Made by a program: the position numbers and the translations under genes
Part shown: positions 55,928-64,000 of the stretch, in pieces
Position numbering within the stretch: position 1 is the stretch's first letter
Layout: every line of letters starts with the position of its first letter
The notes under the pieces: model-generated
The model's database searches: none
What the model was told of the DNA's origin: nothing
The model's input: only the letters and a program-made list of their open reading frames with translations
Assembly (NCBI GenBank): GCA_027081275.1
Contig: JALWKV010000152.1
Location: 6,820-70,819 of the forward strand
Direction: 5' to 3'
From: Gammaproteobacteria bacterium
GTDB lineage: Bacteria > Pseudomonadota > Gammaproteobacteria > UWMA-0217
Length of the DNA stretch: 64,000 nt

Positions 55928-58078
55928 ATGATCGAGAACTCCATGGAGAGTCAATCACGGGCAGCGGCGGCAAGCGGTGGCGTGTTTCACCGCAGCTGCT
56001 GCCGCCCGCTCGCCGGCAAGCCACGCATTGGCGCCGCGCTCGGCGCGCTGCTGGCCGGTTTCGGTGGCGTGGTGGATGCCGCTGAAATGGCCACCGACGG
56101 CGAGGAAGCCTTCCTCGCCGACATCCCCATCGTCATGTCGGCCACGAGGCTGCCGCAGCCGCTGCTGGAATCGCCGGTCTCGACCACGGTCATCACCCGC
56201 GAGATGATCGAGGATTCCGGCTTCAACCAGCTTGCCGACGTATTCCGGCTCGTGCCCGGCTTTCAGGTCGCCCACGCCACCGGCGGACACTTCGTCGTCG
56301 CCTACCATGGCCAGGAATTCACGCTGGCCTCCCGGCTCGAGGTGCTGATCGACGGCCGTTCCGTCTACGGCAACATCCTCTCCAGCGTGCAGTGGAACAC
56401 GCTGGGCGTCGCGCTGGAGGACATCGAGCGGATCGAGGTGATCCGCGGGCCGAACGCGCCGGTGTTCGGCGCCAACGCCATGGTGGCCACCATCAATATC
56501 ATCACCCGACAGCCCTACGCCGAGTCGGGAACCTGGATCGACGCCACCGCCGGCTCGATCGGCACCCGCGACCTGCTGCTGCGCCATGCCGCAACCGCCG
56601 GCGCGCTGGATTACCGCCTCAGCCTGGGCTGGAAGCAGAATGACGGCTTCGACGTGGCCCCTGGAATGGGGCCGGATTTCGACGATACGCGTCTTGGCAG
56701 CCTCACCTTTCGCGGCGCCTGGTCGCCCTCCAGCATCGACGATGTCGATATCCAGTTCGGCTACACCGGCGGCGAATCCGCGACGCTGGAGCCGAAGCCC
56801 GATGCATTGCAGACCGACCACGATGGCGATGCCAGATCCCATTACCAGTTCATCCGCTGGACGCGGTCGCGGTCGATGGATGATGAACTCCACCTGCAGT
56901 TCTATCACAACTACAACGACCAGCACGATGGTTCCGAGCTGGGGCCGATTTCGGCGTATATCGGCATATTGCCGGCACAGGTGCCCCTTGCCATCGGCGG
57001 CCGGCCGGATCAGTCGATCGCGGTCTACTACGGCGAGGGGACCTCGGAGCGCTACGATCTCGAATTGCAGCGGCGTCTGCGCATGTCCGATTCCCTGCGG
57101 ATGGTCTGGGGCACGGGATTCCGCCTCGACCGGCTGCGCAGCAAGCCGCATCTGAACCGGGACGGCTTCGTCGACAACCCGTCGGCGCGGATGTTCGGCA
57201 ACGCGGAGTGGTCGCTGAGCGACGACCTCTCCCTCCACCTCGGCGCCATGGTGGAGCACAACGACGTGGCGGGGCCGTTCGGCTCGGCGCGAATCGCCGC
57301 CAACTGGCGCCTCGCGCGCGATCAGGCGGTGCGTGCCAGCATCAGCTCGACCCAGCGCAGTCCGTCGATCATTGAACAGGAGTGGGACTTCCTGCTGCGC
57401 TTCAATGACGGCGCGCCGCTGAACCAGATCTTCTACTCGCCCGGCGATCTCGATCCGGAACGGCTCGTGGCCGTGGAGCTCGGCTACGCCTACATCCCGG
57501 TGGACGGACATCTGCAGTTCGATGCCAAGGTCTTTCGCGAGCGGGCGACCGACATCATCTCCAACTACCGCGATCTCGATTTTCCCGACCCGTTTCTCCA
57601 GGATGGCGTCGAGATCAACATGAATGACGACAGCTATCGCGTCAGCGGCGTGGAGGGCGCGCTGCGCTGGCGGTCGGGGCCACACGACCTGCTCACGTTC
57701 CAGTATTCGCTGACGAAAAGCCACCGTGATCTCTACCGCGGCGGCGATGATGAACCAATACGCATCGAGCACACCGCCACGCCCCGGCGGACATGCAGCC
57801 TGCTGTACACGCACCATTTTCCCGCCGATGTCAGCGCCAGCCTCGGTTACTACTACCGTTCCGCCGTCAAGTGGATCGGCGATGGCGACAAGACGGACGG
57901 CCACAAACGAGTCGATCTGCGGATCGGGAAAACATTCTCGAGCAAGCGGCTGGAGGGCAATATCGACCTGATCGTGCAGAACATCGGGGAGGACTATCAG
58001 GAATACATCAGCGAAAAAGAGAAACGAACGACGTTCAAGACGCGCTATTTCGTCAGGGCCGGCCTCCATTTCCAGTAG
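55928..58078 (+). CDS. TonB-dependent receptor (plug plus 22-strand barrel)
   Basis: Signal-like N-terminus, a plug motif region, and a C-terminal …RAGLHFQ with terminal aromatic residues. Confidence 0.85.
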   Translation: MIENSMESQSRAAAASGGVFHRSCCRPLAGKPRIGAALGALLAGFGGVVDAAEMATDGEEAFLADIPIVMSATRLPQPLLESPVSTTVITREMIEDSGFNQLADVFRLVPGFQVAHATGGHFVVAYHGQEFTLASRLEVLIDGRSVYGNILSSVQWNTLGVALEDIERIEVIRGPNAPVFGANAMVATINIITRQPYAESGTWIDATAGSIGTRDLLLRHAATAGALDYRLSLGWKQNDGFDVAPGMGPDFDDTRLGSLTFRGAWSPSSIDDVDIQFGYTGGESATLEPKPDALQTDHDGDARSHYQFIRWTRSRSMDDELHLQFYHNYNDQHDGSELGPISAYIGILPAQVPLAIGGRPDQSIAVYYGEGTSERYDLELQRRLRMSDSLRMVWGTGFRLDRLRSKPHLNRDGFVDNPSARMFGNAEWSLSDDLSLHLGAMVEHNDVAGPFGSARIAANWRLARDQAVRASISSTQRSPSIIEQEWDFLLRFNDGAPLNQIFYSPGDLDPERLVAVELGYAYIPVDGHLQFDAKVFRERATDIISNYRDLDFPDPFLQDGVEINMNDDSYRVSGVEGALRWRSGPHDLLTFQYSLTKSHRDLYRGGDDEPIRIEHTATPRRTCSLLYTHHFPADVSASLGYYYRSAVKWIGDGDKTDGHKRVDLRIGKTFSSKRLEGNIDLIVQNIGEDYQEYISEKEKRTTFKTRYFVRAGLHFQ

Positions 58079-58250
58079 AGGTTGCCGCAAGAGCGATTAC
58101 TTTGCGACACCCTCGCGCAGCACAAGGATGTGCTGCCAGAAACAACGACGACAAGTCGTTGTTTCTGTGAGAAAAGGAAAAATCGCACTTTTTCCTTTTC
58201 GTGTGTCGCAAAGTCCTGGACGGACTTTTGCGACACCCTCCAGTAAAGGG
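58078..58250. repeat. Repeat family B copy B2 (array of four hairpins), beginning at the TonB-dependent receptor stop codon
   Basis: gaggttgccgcaagagcgattactttgcgacacc…agaaacaacgacgacaagtcgttgtttct…gaaaaggaaaaatcgcactttttccttttc…gtgtcgcaaagtcctggacggacttttgcgacac. Confidence 0.5.
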
Positions 58251-58280
58251 CGGCAACTGGCGCGACTCGAACCGGTCGAC

Positions 58281-58462
58281 TAGCCCGGATTTCTCACCAC
58301 CGTTCGTAGCGAGACGGATCAAGGGTGCGGCATGGGTGGCTTTCGCGACCGAGGAGCGCGCAGGCATAGCCGACACTATGTCGAGCACTCCGACCGAGCG
58401 AAAGCCAGCCAGGGCGTGCCATTGGGACGTCGCAGTAGAAGGGTGGTGAGAAATCCGGGCTA
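58281..58462. mobile_element. MITE-1 copy 6 (full length)
   Basis: TA|gcccggatttctcaccaccgttcgtagcgagacgg…ggtggtgagaaatccgggc|TA. Confidence 0.7.
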
Positions 58463-58719
58463 GTGGTAAAGACAATATATCAATAGTTGCAAGAGTAGCT
58501 GCGTTCCTGGCGGTGCATATAAATGCATCTTTGGACCAGAGGGTGCGTTCTACGTACCGTCTGGGCCTGCGGGAATATCTGCAACCCCTATATCAACATG
58601 GGACGCATGCGTACGTGTATCGCGGACCGCATATTGAAAGTGGTGGGACTGATGAGCAGTACAGGGAAGCAGGAAGACATACCGGATAGCGCAATCGACA
58701 TGAAATCCTAGAGACGCGC

Positions 58720-59709
58720 GTGTTTCTTCGGCGCCACATCGTAGGCTGTTCGCGGCTGGCCGCCTTGCTGCTGGCCGTATTGCTGCTGACTGCGCCGGCG
58801 GTGGTCGTGGCGGGGCGTGCCGAGGCGGATATCTATGTCGTGCTGAGCAACGATACGGAGGAATACCGGCAGATCGAAAAGCGGATCGTCGAAGGCCTGC
58901 GGGACTCCCGTCACTACGGTAAGCGACTGCGCACGATGCTGGCGGCGTCGCTGGACCCGTCGCGTCCGGGTCACTGGCCGGCGGCGGACGCCGAGGTCGT
59001 CGTCGCCGTCGGCATGCGCGCGCTGAAGGCGCTGCTCGAAGGGCCGCCCGGTTTCCCGATCTATGCCGTGTTCGTGCCCTACGCCAGCTACCATGCGCTG
59101 TTGGATGAGTCGGCGTCCGGGGCCGGGGCACCGCGCCGGCGGCATCTTTCCGTGCTCTATCTCGATCAGCCGCCGCGGCGACAGCTGGAGCTGGCGGCGA
59201 CCATCGACCGATCCTTTCGCCGGCTCGGCATCCTGCTGTCGGAGGATTCGCCGATCGATGTCGCTGCGCTGCGGGAGGCGGCGGCGGATCTCGGTCTGAC
59301 GCTGCGGCCGGTGCGCGTGTCCGAGCGCCGGGACGTGGTGCCGGCGCTCAAGCGCGTCCAGCGCCGGATCGATCTGCTGATCACGGTTTTCGATCCGGCC
59401 ATCATCAGCACGCAGTCACTGCGGCAGATTCTCTATTTCTCCTACAACCGGCGTCTGCCGGTCATCGGCTATTCACGGGCGATGGTTCGCGCCGGCGCCT
59501 TGGCCGCGGTCTACTCCGATGCCGGACAGGTGGGCAGGCAGGCGGCGGAGACGCTGATCGAGGCGCTGGACCGCAGCCCGATCGGCCTGCCGCCGAGCGC
59601 ATTCCCCGACTATTTCAGCGCCAGCTGCAACGAGGCCGTGCGCGCCTACTTCAACCTTCCTGCCGACTGCAATCTGGAGGGCTTGGCGCGCGGCGGGGAA
59701 GGGCGCTGA
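58720..59709 (+). CDS. Periplasmic PF04392/COG2984-type ABC-substrate-binding-like protein (putative ligand-binding partner of the downstream kinase). GTG start.
   Basis: Signal peptide and an SBP-like fold (…IYVVLSND…LLITVFDPAII…VIGYSRAMVRAGALAAVYSD…). Its stop lies 1 nt before the kinase ATG. Confidence 0.65.
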   Translation: MFLRRHIVGCSRLAALLLAVLLLTAPAVVVAGRAEADIYVVLSNDTEEYRQIEKRIVEGLRDSRHYGKRLRTMLAASLDPSRPGHWPAADAEVVVAVGMRALKALLEGPPGFPIYAVFVPYASYHALLDESASGAGAPRRRHLSVLYLDQPPRRQLELAATIDRSFRRLGILLSEDSPIDVAALREAAADLGLTLRPVRVSERRDVVPALKRVQRRIDLLITVFDPAIISTQSLRQILYFSYNRRLPVIGYSRAMVRAGALAAVYSDAGQVGRQAAETLIEALDRSPIGLPPSAFPDYFSASCNEAVRAYFNLPADCNLEGLARGGEGR

Positions 59710-59710
59710 G

Positions 59711-62410
59711 ATGAAGAGCCGCATCCGTTTCCAGCACAACTGGGGCATCCGCCGGCGGGTGCTGTTCCTGGCGGTGGTGCCGATGGTGCTGGTCTCGATC
59801 ATGATCGGTTTCTACCTCACCAAGGCGCATATCGACTACATGCGCCGGACGATGGACGAGCATGGCCATGAAATCGCACGGAATCTCGGGTTCGCCGCCG
59901 AGTTCAGCCTGCTGATCGACGATCGCGAACGGCTGCAGCAGATCGTCGATCGCGCCTTCTTCGGCCCCGAGATCGACGCGGTCATGATTCTCGACCGTCA
60001 CGGTGACGTGGTGGCGAGGCGGGTGCGTGAGGGGGTCGACGCATTCCTGGAGGGGGGCGGCGAGCGCCGCCCAATGGAAGTCTATTCTTTCGACGTGATC
60101 TCCACGGCCTCGGGAACGGGGGAGAGCGAGGAGCTGCGCGCCGCCGGCGAGAGCCGCCGTTTCGGTCGCGTGCTCGTCTATCTTTCGCGTGATCATCTGG
60201 CCAGCGCAGCGGGGGAGGTCGTCGTTCGCAGCACGCTGTTCATTCTCTTTGGCCTGCTGTTCGCGTCGCTGCTGGCGCTGCTGCTGGCGCGGGAGCTGCT
60301 GGCGCCGATCCAGCGCATCATCGATCTCGTGGGGCGGGTGCAGCGGGGCGATCTTTCGTCGCGCCTGGCGCGCAGGAGCGGCGCCGAGCTGGGCGAGCTG
60401 GAGCAGGGCATCAACAGCATGGTGCGGACCATCGAAAACTCCCAGCAGGATCTCGAAGCGCGCGTCGCCGAGGCCACCGCCGCGCTGCAGAAGACCGTGG
60501 CCGAGCTGCGCGAGAAGGGGGCGGCGCTGGAGGCCTCGCGGCGCGAGGCGGTCGAGGCGGGGCAGGCGCGGGAGCGCTTTCTGGCGCTGGTCAGCCACGA
60601 GTTGCGTACCCAGCTCAACGCCATCGTCGGCTTCGCCGAGCTGCTGGAGAAGGCGCCGGAGGCGCGCCAGAGCCACGAGTATGTACAGATCATCCACAGC
60701 GCCAGTCAGCAACTGCTGGCGATCATCGACGACGTGCTCAGCTATTCCGGCCTCAATGCCGGCACGCTCCAGGTAGAGCAAAAGCCGTTCAGTCCCGAGC
60801 CGGTGCTGGAGGATGTCGTCTCGCTGCTCAGTCGCGACGCCCACCGCAAGGGGCTGGAACTGGTGCTGATGATCCACCGCGACACGCCGCGCTGCGTCGT
60901 CGGCGATCCGGTGCGCTTCAGCCAGGTGGTGACCAACCTGCTGATCAACGCCATCAAGTTTACCGACAGCGGCGAGATCATCGTCGTCTCCGAATCGGTG
61001 GATGATGGCCACGGCGGGCGTCAGCTGCTGGTCTCGGTGGACGACTCCGGCATCGGCATCCGCGACGGCATTCGCGACTCGCTGTTCGAGCCCTTCGTGC
61101 AGGGCGACAGCTCGATCCAGAAGCGTTTCGGCGGCACCGGGCTCGGGCTGTCCATCTCCCGTTCGCTGATGGAGAAAATGGGGGGACGGATCTGGCTCGA
61201 CGAAAGCACGCTGGGCGGCAGCCGTTTCTGTCTGGTGCTGGCGACGGCGGATGTCGAGGCGGTCGATGCCGACGATGGCCTGCGCAACGCGCTGGTCGGC
61301 CACAAGGCGCTGGTGGCCGACAGCCACGCCGTCTCCCGGCGCGCGATCAAGAACACCCTGCTGCATTTCGGCATGCAGGTCTTCCTGCAGCCGCGTGGCC
61401 GCTCGCTGGAGGCGGTGATTCGCGAGGCGGCAGACGCCGGCGGGCCCTTCGACGTGCTCGTCGTCGGCGGCAAGGCAGACGAATTTCCGCGCGCGCGAAT
61501 GCGGCAGTTGCAGCGGCTCGCCGCCGATACCGGCGTTCGCATCGTCGTGCTGATCAGCGACGAGGACCAGATCCGGGACAAGTGCGAAATGGTCGAGGCG
61601 GGCGTCTGCCTCACCGTATCGACCAAGCCGATTCGCCGCCATCGCCTGCTGGAGAACCTGCGTCAGGTGCTCGATTGCGGCGTGGCGACGCCGCCCGAAC
61701 CGACGCCGGAGGCGCCGGCCGAGACCGACACGGGCGCGATGCCCGGCATCACCGCACTGATCGCCGACGACAACGAGTTCTCGCGGCAGCTGCTGCAGAT
61801 CAGTCTGGCGCGTCACGGCGTTGCTGTCGAGGCCAGCGAGGACGGCTTCGAGCTGCTGGAGAAGGCGCGGCAGAGGCAGTACGACATCATCTTTCTCGAC
61901 ATCAACATGCCGGCGATGGACGGGCTGTCGGTAGCGCGCCTGATCCGCGAGGAGACCGTCAACAATCTCACGCCGCTGGTCGCCGTCACCGCCGACCTCT
62001 ACACCTCGGAGGCGAAGTCGACGCGCCAGGCGCTGTTCGACGCGACGCTGTTCAAGCCGGTCAAGCCCGATGAGGTCGGCGCCGTCGTCGACAGCCTGCT
62101 TGAGCGCCGCGCGGCGCCATCGGCGGATGACGCCGATGCGCGGGAGGACGACAACCTCTGGACCCAGGCGCGCTTTTCCGCCGCGCTCGACGAGCAGCTC
62201 GAGCTGCTGCGGCAGGCGGCGCGGGACGGCGACCGGGAGCGGTTGCGGCAGGTGGCCCACCAGATCAACGGCCTGACCGGCTACTTCGGCCACGAGACCC
62301 TGTCGCGGCAGGGCCGGCTGCTGGAAGTGCAGGCGCTGACGGCCAGCGACGACGAACTCGCCGAGCTGATCGCCGCCTTGCGCGAGGCGGCCGCATCGGC
62401 CGTGTCGTAA
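59711..62410 (+). CDS. Unorthodox hybrid sensor histidine kinase (TM1, ~150-aa periplasmic segment, TM2, HAMP, HisKA, HATPase, pseudo-receiver, REC, HPt)
   Basis: H-box SHELRTQLNAI, an N/G1/G2 HATPase region, a receiver with DDNEF…DINMPAMDG…K, and a C-terminal HPt motif HQINGLTGYFG. Confidence 0.85.
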   Translation: MKSRIRFQHNWGIRRRVLFLAVVPMVLVSIMIGFYLTKAHIDYMRRTMDEHGHEIARNLGFAAEFSLLIDDRERLQQIVDRAFFGPEIDAVMILDRHGDVVARRVREGVDAFLEGGGERRPMEVYSFDVISTASGTGESEELRAAGESRRFGRVLVYLSRDHLASAAGEVVVRSTLFILFGLLFASLLALLLARELLAPIQRIIDLVGRVQRGDLSSRLARRSGAELGELEQGINSMVRTIENSQQDLEARVAEATAALQKTVAELREKGAALEASRREAVEAGQARERFLALVSHELRTQLNAIVGFAELLEKAPEARQSHEYVQIIHSASQQLLAIIDDVLSYSGLNAGTLQVEQKPFSPEPVLEDVVSLLSRDAHRKGLELVLMIHRDTPRCVVGDPVRFSQVVTNLLINAIKFTDSGEIIVVSESVDDGHGGRQLLVSVDDSGIGIRDGIRDSLFEPFVQGDSSIQKRFGGTGLGLSISRSLMEKMGGRIWLDESTLGGSRFCLVLATADVEAVDADDGLRNALVGHKALVADSHAVSRRAIKNTLLHFGMQVFLQPRGRSLEAVIREAADAGGPFDVLVVGGKADEFPRARMRQLQRLAADTGVRIVVLISDEDQIRDKCEMVEAGVCLTVSTKPIRRHRLLENLRQVLDCGVATPPEPTPEAPAETDTGAMPGITALIADDNEFSRQLLQISLARHGVAVEASEDGFELLEKARQRQYDIIFLDINMPAMDGLSVARLIREETVNNLTPLVAVTADLYTSEAKSTRQALFDATLFKPVKPDEVGAVVDSLLERRAAPSADDADAREDDNLWTQARFSAALDEQLELLRQAARDGDRERLRQVAHQINGLTGYFGHETLSRQGRLLEVQALTASDDELAELIAALREAAASAVS

Positions 62411-62443
62411 TGGAGCGTCTTGCGAGGGGGGCGCCGCTCGACG

Positions 62444-63646
62444 TCATTCCGTGGCGGTATCGCGGCGGTAGAGATACTTCAGCAGAAAAGGCGGCAGCAG
62501 CGTCGTCAGCGCGATGACGATGATCATGCCGGCGTAGACCTCGTTGTCGAAGATGCCGCTGCTGCGTCCCAGCTCGGCGAAGATCAGCCCCACCTCGCCC
62601 CTTGGGGTCATGGCCACGCCGATGCGGATCTTGCGCGCCAGCGGCTCCCCGATGAAGGCGGCACCGGCGAACTTGCCGATCACCGCCGCGAGCAGGAACA
62701 GCAGCGAAAAGCTCCAGATGAAGGCCGAGCTCCAGTCGATCTCGCGCAGGTTCAGCGACAGCCCCACCATGACGAAGAAGATCGGCGTGAACAGCTGGAT
62801 GATCGGCCGCATCTCGTTCTCGATGCGCTCGGAGAAGCGGGGCTCGTTGTGCAGGGCGATGCCGAACGGCAGGAAGAAGCGACGCGACAGCGCCAGTCCG
62901 GCGGCGAAACCGCCGAGCAGCTCCGGTGCGCCCATTTCGTGCGCCAGCCAGGCGAACAGCAGCACCAGCGAGACCATGGCGGTGGGAATCAGACCGGGCG
63001 TTTCGGAAACGTCGTCGAAGCGCTTGACCAGCACCGAGATCAGCCGCGCCGCCACCGGCGCCAGCAGGAAGAAGAGGGTGATGAACATCAGCACCTGGGC
63101 GATGTTGATCAGTGTGATGCCGCCGCCGATGGAGAATTCGTAGAGCAGCGCCAGCAGCACGACGCCGAGAATGTCGTCGAGCACGGCGGCGCCGAGGACG
63201 ATCTGCCCCTCGCGGGAGTGACGCTGGTGCAGGTCGCTGAGCACGCGCACGGTGATGCCGATGCTGGTGGCGGTGAGGGCGCCGCCGATGAACAGCGACA
63301 CCAGCAGCGACAGCTCGAACAGCTGCCAGGCGAGCAAAAAACCGAGCACGAACGGAAAGATGAAGCCGGTCACAGCCACCGCCGACGAGGTGCGCCCGGT
63401 CTGGACCAGCTTGCGCAGGTCGGTTTCCAGTCCCACCTCGAACAGCAGCAGCAGGATGCCGATCTCCGCCAGCAGTTGCAGCACGTGGTTGGGCTCCAGC
63501 CAGCCGAGCAGGCTCGGGCCGAGCAGGATGCCGGCGCCGAGTTCGCCGATGACCGCCGGCGCGCCGAGGCGCACGGCGATTTCGGCAAGGATTCTGGCCG
63601 CGACCAGAATCAGCAGCAGGGAGAGAAAAAAGCTCTGGGCTTCCAT
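62444..63646 (-). CDS. Cation:proton antiporter (CPA1/CPA2, Na+/H+ exchanger-like)
   Basis: 400-aa polytopic protein with CPA-type motifs (…GEIGLIF…). Confidence 0.8.
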   Translation of the reverse strand: MEAQSFFLSLLLILVAARILAEIAVRLGAPAVIGELGAGILLGPSLLGWLEPNHVLQLLAEIGILLLLFEVGLETDLRKLVQTGRTSSAVAVTGFIFPFVLGFLLAWQLFELSLLVSLFIGGALTATSIGITVRVLSDLHQRHSREGQIVLGAAVLDDILGVVLLALLYEFSIGGGITLINIAQVLMFITLFFLLAPVAARLISVLVKRFDDVSETPGLIPTAMVSLVLLFAWLAHEMGAPELLGGFAAGLALSRRFFLPFGIALHNEPRFSERIENEMRPIIQLFTPIFFVMVGLSLNLREIDWSSAFIWSFSLLFLLAAVIGKFAGAAFIGEPLARKIRIGVAMTPRGEVGLIFAELGRSSGIFDNEVYAGMIIVIALTTLLPPFLLKYLYRRDTATE

Positions 63647-63677
63647 GGCGTCGAGGCGGAGCGTTGCGGAAACGGTG

Positions 63678-64000
63678 CTAGCGTAACAGCAGAACCGGCA
63701 CGCGGGCGTTGCGAATCATGCTGGTGGTGGTGCTGCCGACGAGGAAGCGGCGGATCACCGAATGGCCCCAAGCGCCCATGACGATCATGTCGATGTCGTG
63801 GTCGCGGCGATAGTCGCAGAGCGCCTTTTCCACCTCGCCGTCGCGCTGGCTCGCCGTGACCGCGAAGCCGGCGTTCTCCAGCTTCTGCCGCGCCCAGTCG
63901 AGCGCGGCGGGCTTGCCGCCGACCATGACGAGGTGGCATTCGACGCCGCGGAACAGCGGGCTGGCGGCCACCATTTCGACGCCCTTTCTCGTCGTCGCGC
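63678..64000 (-). CDS. Universal stress protein (UspA family), C-terminal part (5' end lies outside the window)
   Basis: …IVMGAWGHSVIRRFLVGSTTTSMIRNARVPVLLLR is a Usp C-terminal signature. Confidence 0.6.
   Translation of the reverse strand, partial: ATTRKGVEMVAASPLFRGVECHLVMVGGKPAALDWARQKLENAGFAVTASQRDGEVEKALCDYRRDHDIDMIVMGAWGHSVIRRFLVGSTTTSMIRNARVPVLLLR

Noticed and set aside
46624-58449. Recurring ORFs translating to …RIKGAAWVAFATEERAGIADTMSSTPTERKPARACHWNVAVEGW (46624-46908, 51364-51612, 58201-58449, 37925-38227) that look like a small gene family
   Set aside because: They lie entirely inside copies of the palindromic MITE-1 element and appear on whichever strand happens to be open. They are a repeat artefact, not coding genes.
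59711-62410. Possibility that the hybrid kinase and LuxR regulator are the CrbS/CrbR acetate-switch regulators, given acs/actP nearby
   Set aside because: CrbS carries an N-terminal SLC5/SSS transporter-like domain with ~13 TM helices. This kinase has only two TM helices around a periplasmic segment, and it is 10 kb away from actP.

Overview
This is a 64-kb, high-GC (~65%) chromosomal segment that looks gammaproteobacterial. The backbone is conserved housekeeping. It carries the 3' end of pgl, a family-4 UDG gene, pdxH, pgm, a DUF1249 gene and an SDR gene. It also carries a complete isc operon (iscR-iscS-iscU-iscA-hscB-hscA-fdx-iscX) and the ndk-rlmN-pilW-rodZ-hisS-yfgM-bamB-der block with ispG absent. 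Further along are mrcB with an overlapping LpoP-like lipoprotein gene, yoaA-tsaB, tpx, can, pfk, acs with an exonuclease and a CBS/cNMP nucleotidyltransferase, and yjcH-actP. Accessory pockets are scattered between these genes. They include an IS630-family transposase remnant and at least six copies of a ~178-bp MITE flanked by TA. One copy splits a GxxExxY gene in frame, one is wedged between two convergent genes and overlaps both stop codons, and one is nested inside another repeat. Three further repeat families are present: A (~230 bp), B (an array of four hairpins, always beside a MITE copy) and D (~177-bp tandem units), plus REP-like palindromes. The window also holds yefM-yoeB and UPF0175/DUF3368 toxin-antitoxin modules, an orphan AbrB-type antitoxin, and a dinB that is 5'-truncated and frameshifted. 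A NdvB-like GH17-GT2 glucan synthase lies convergent with an LTA-synthase-family gene. Finally, a four-gene module contains a LuxR response regulator, a TonB-dependent receptor, a PF04392 periplasmic binding protein and an unorthodox hybrid histidine kinase, with mobile elements between its genes. No rRNA, tRNA or CRISPR array was found. All family assignments rest on motif recognition from the translated ORFs, not on database searches.
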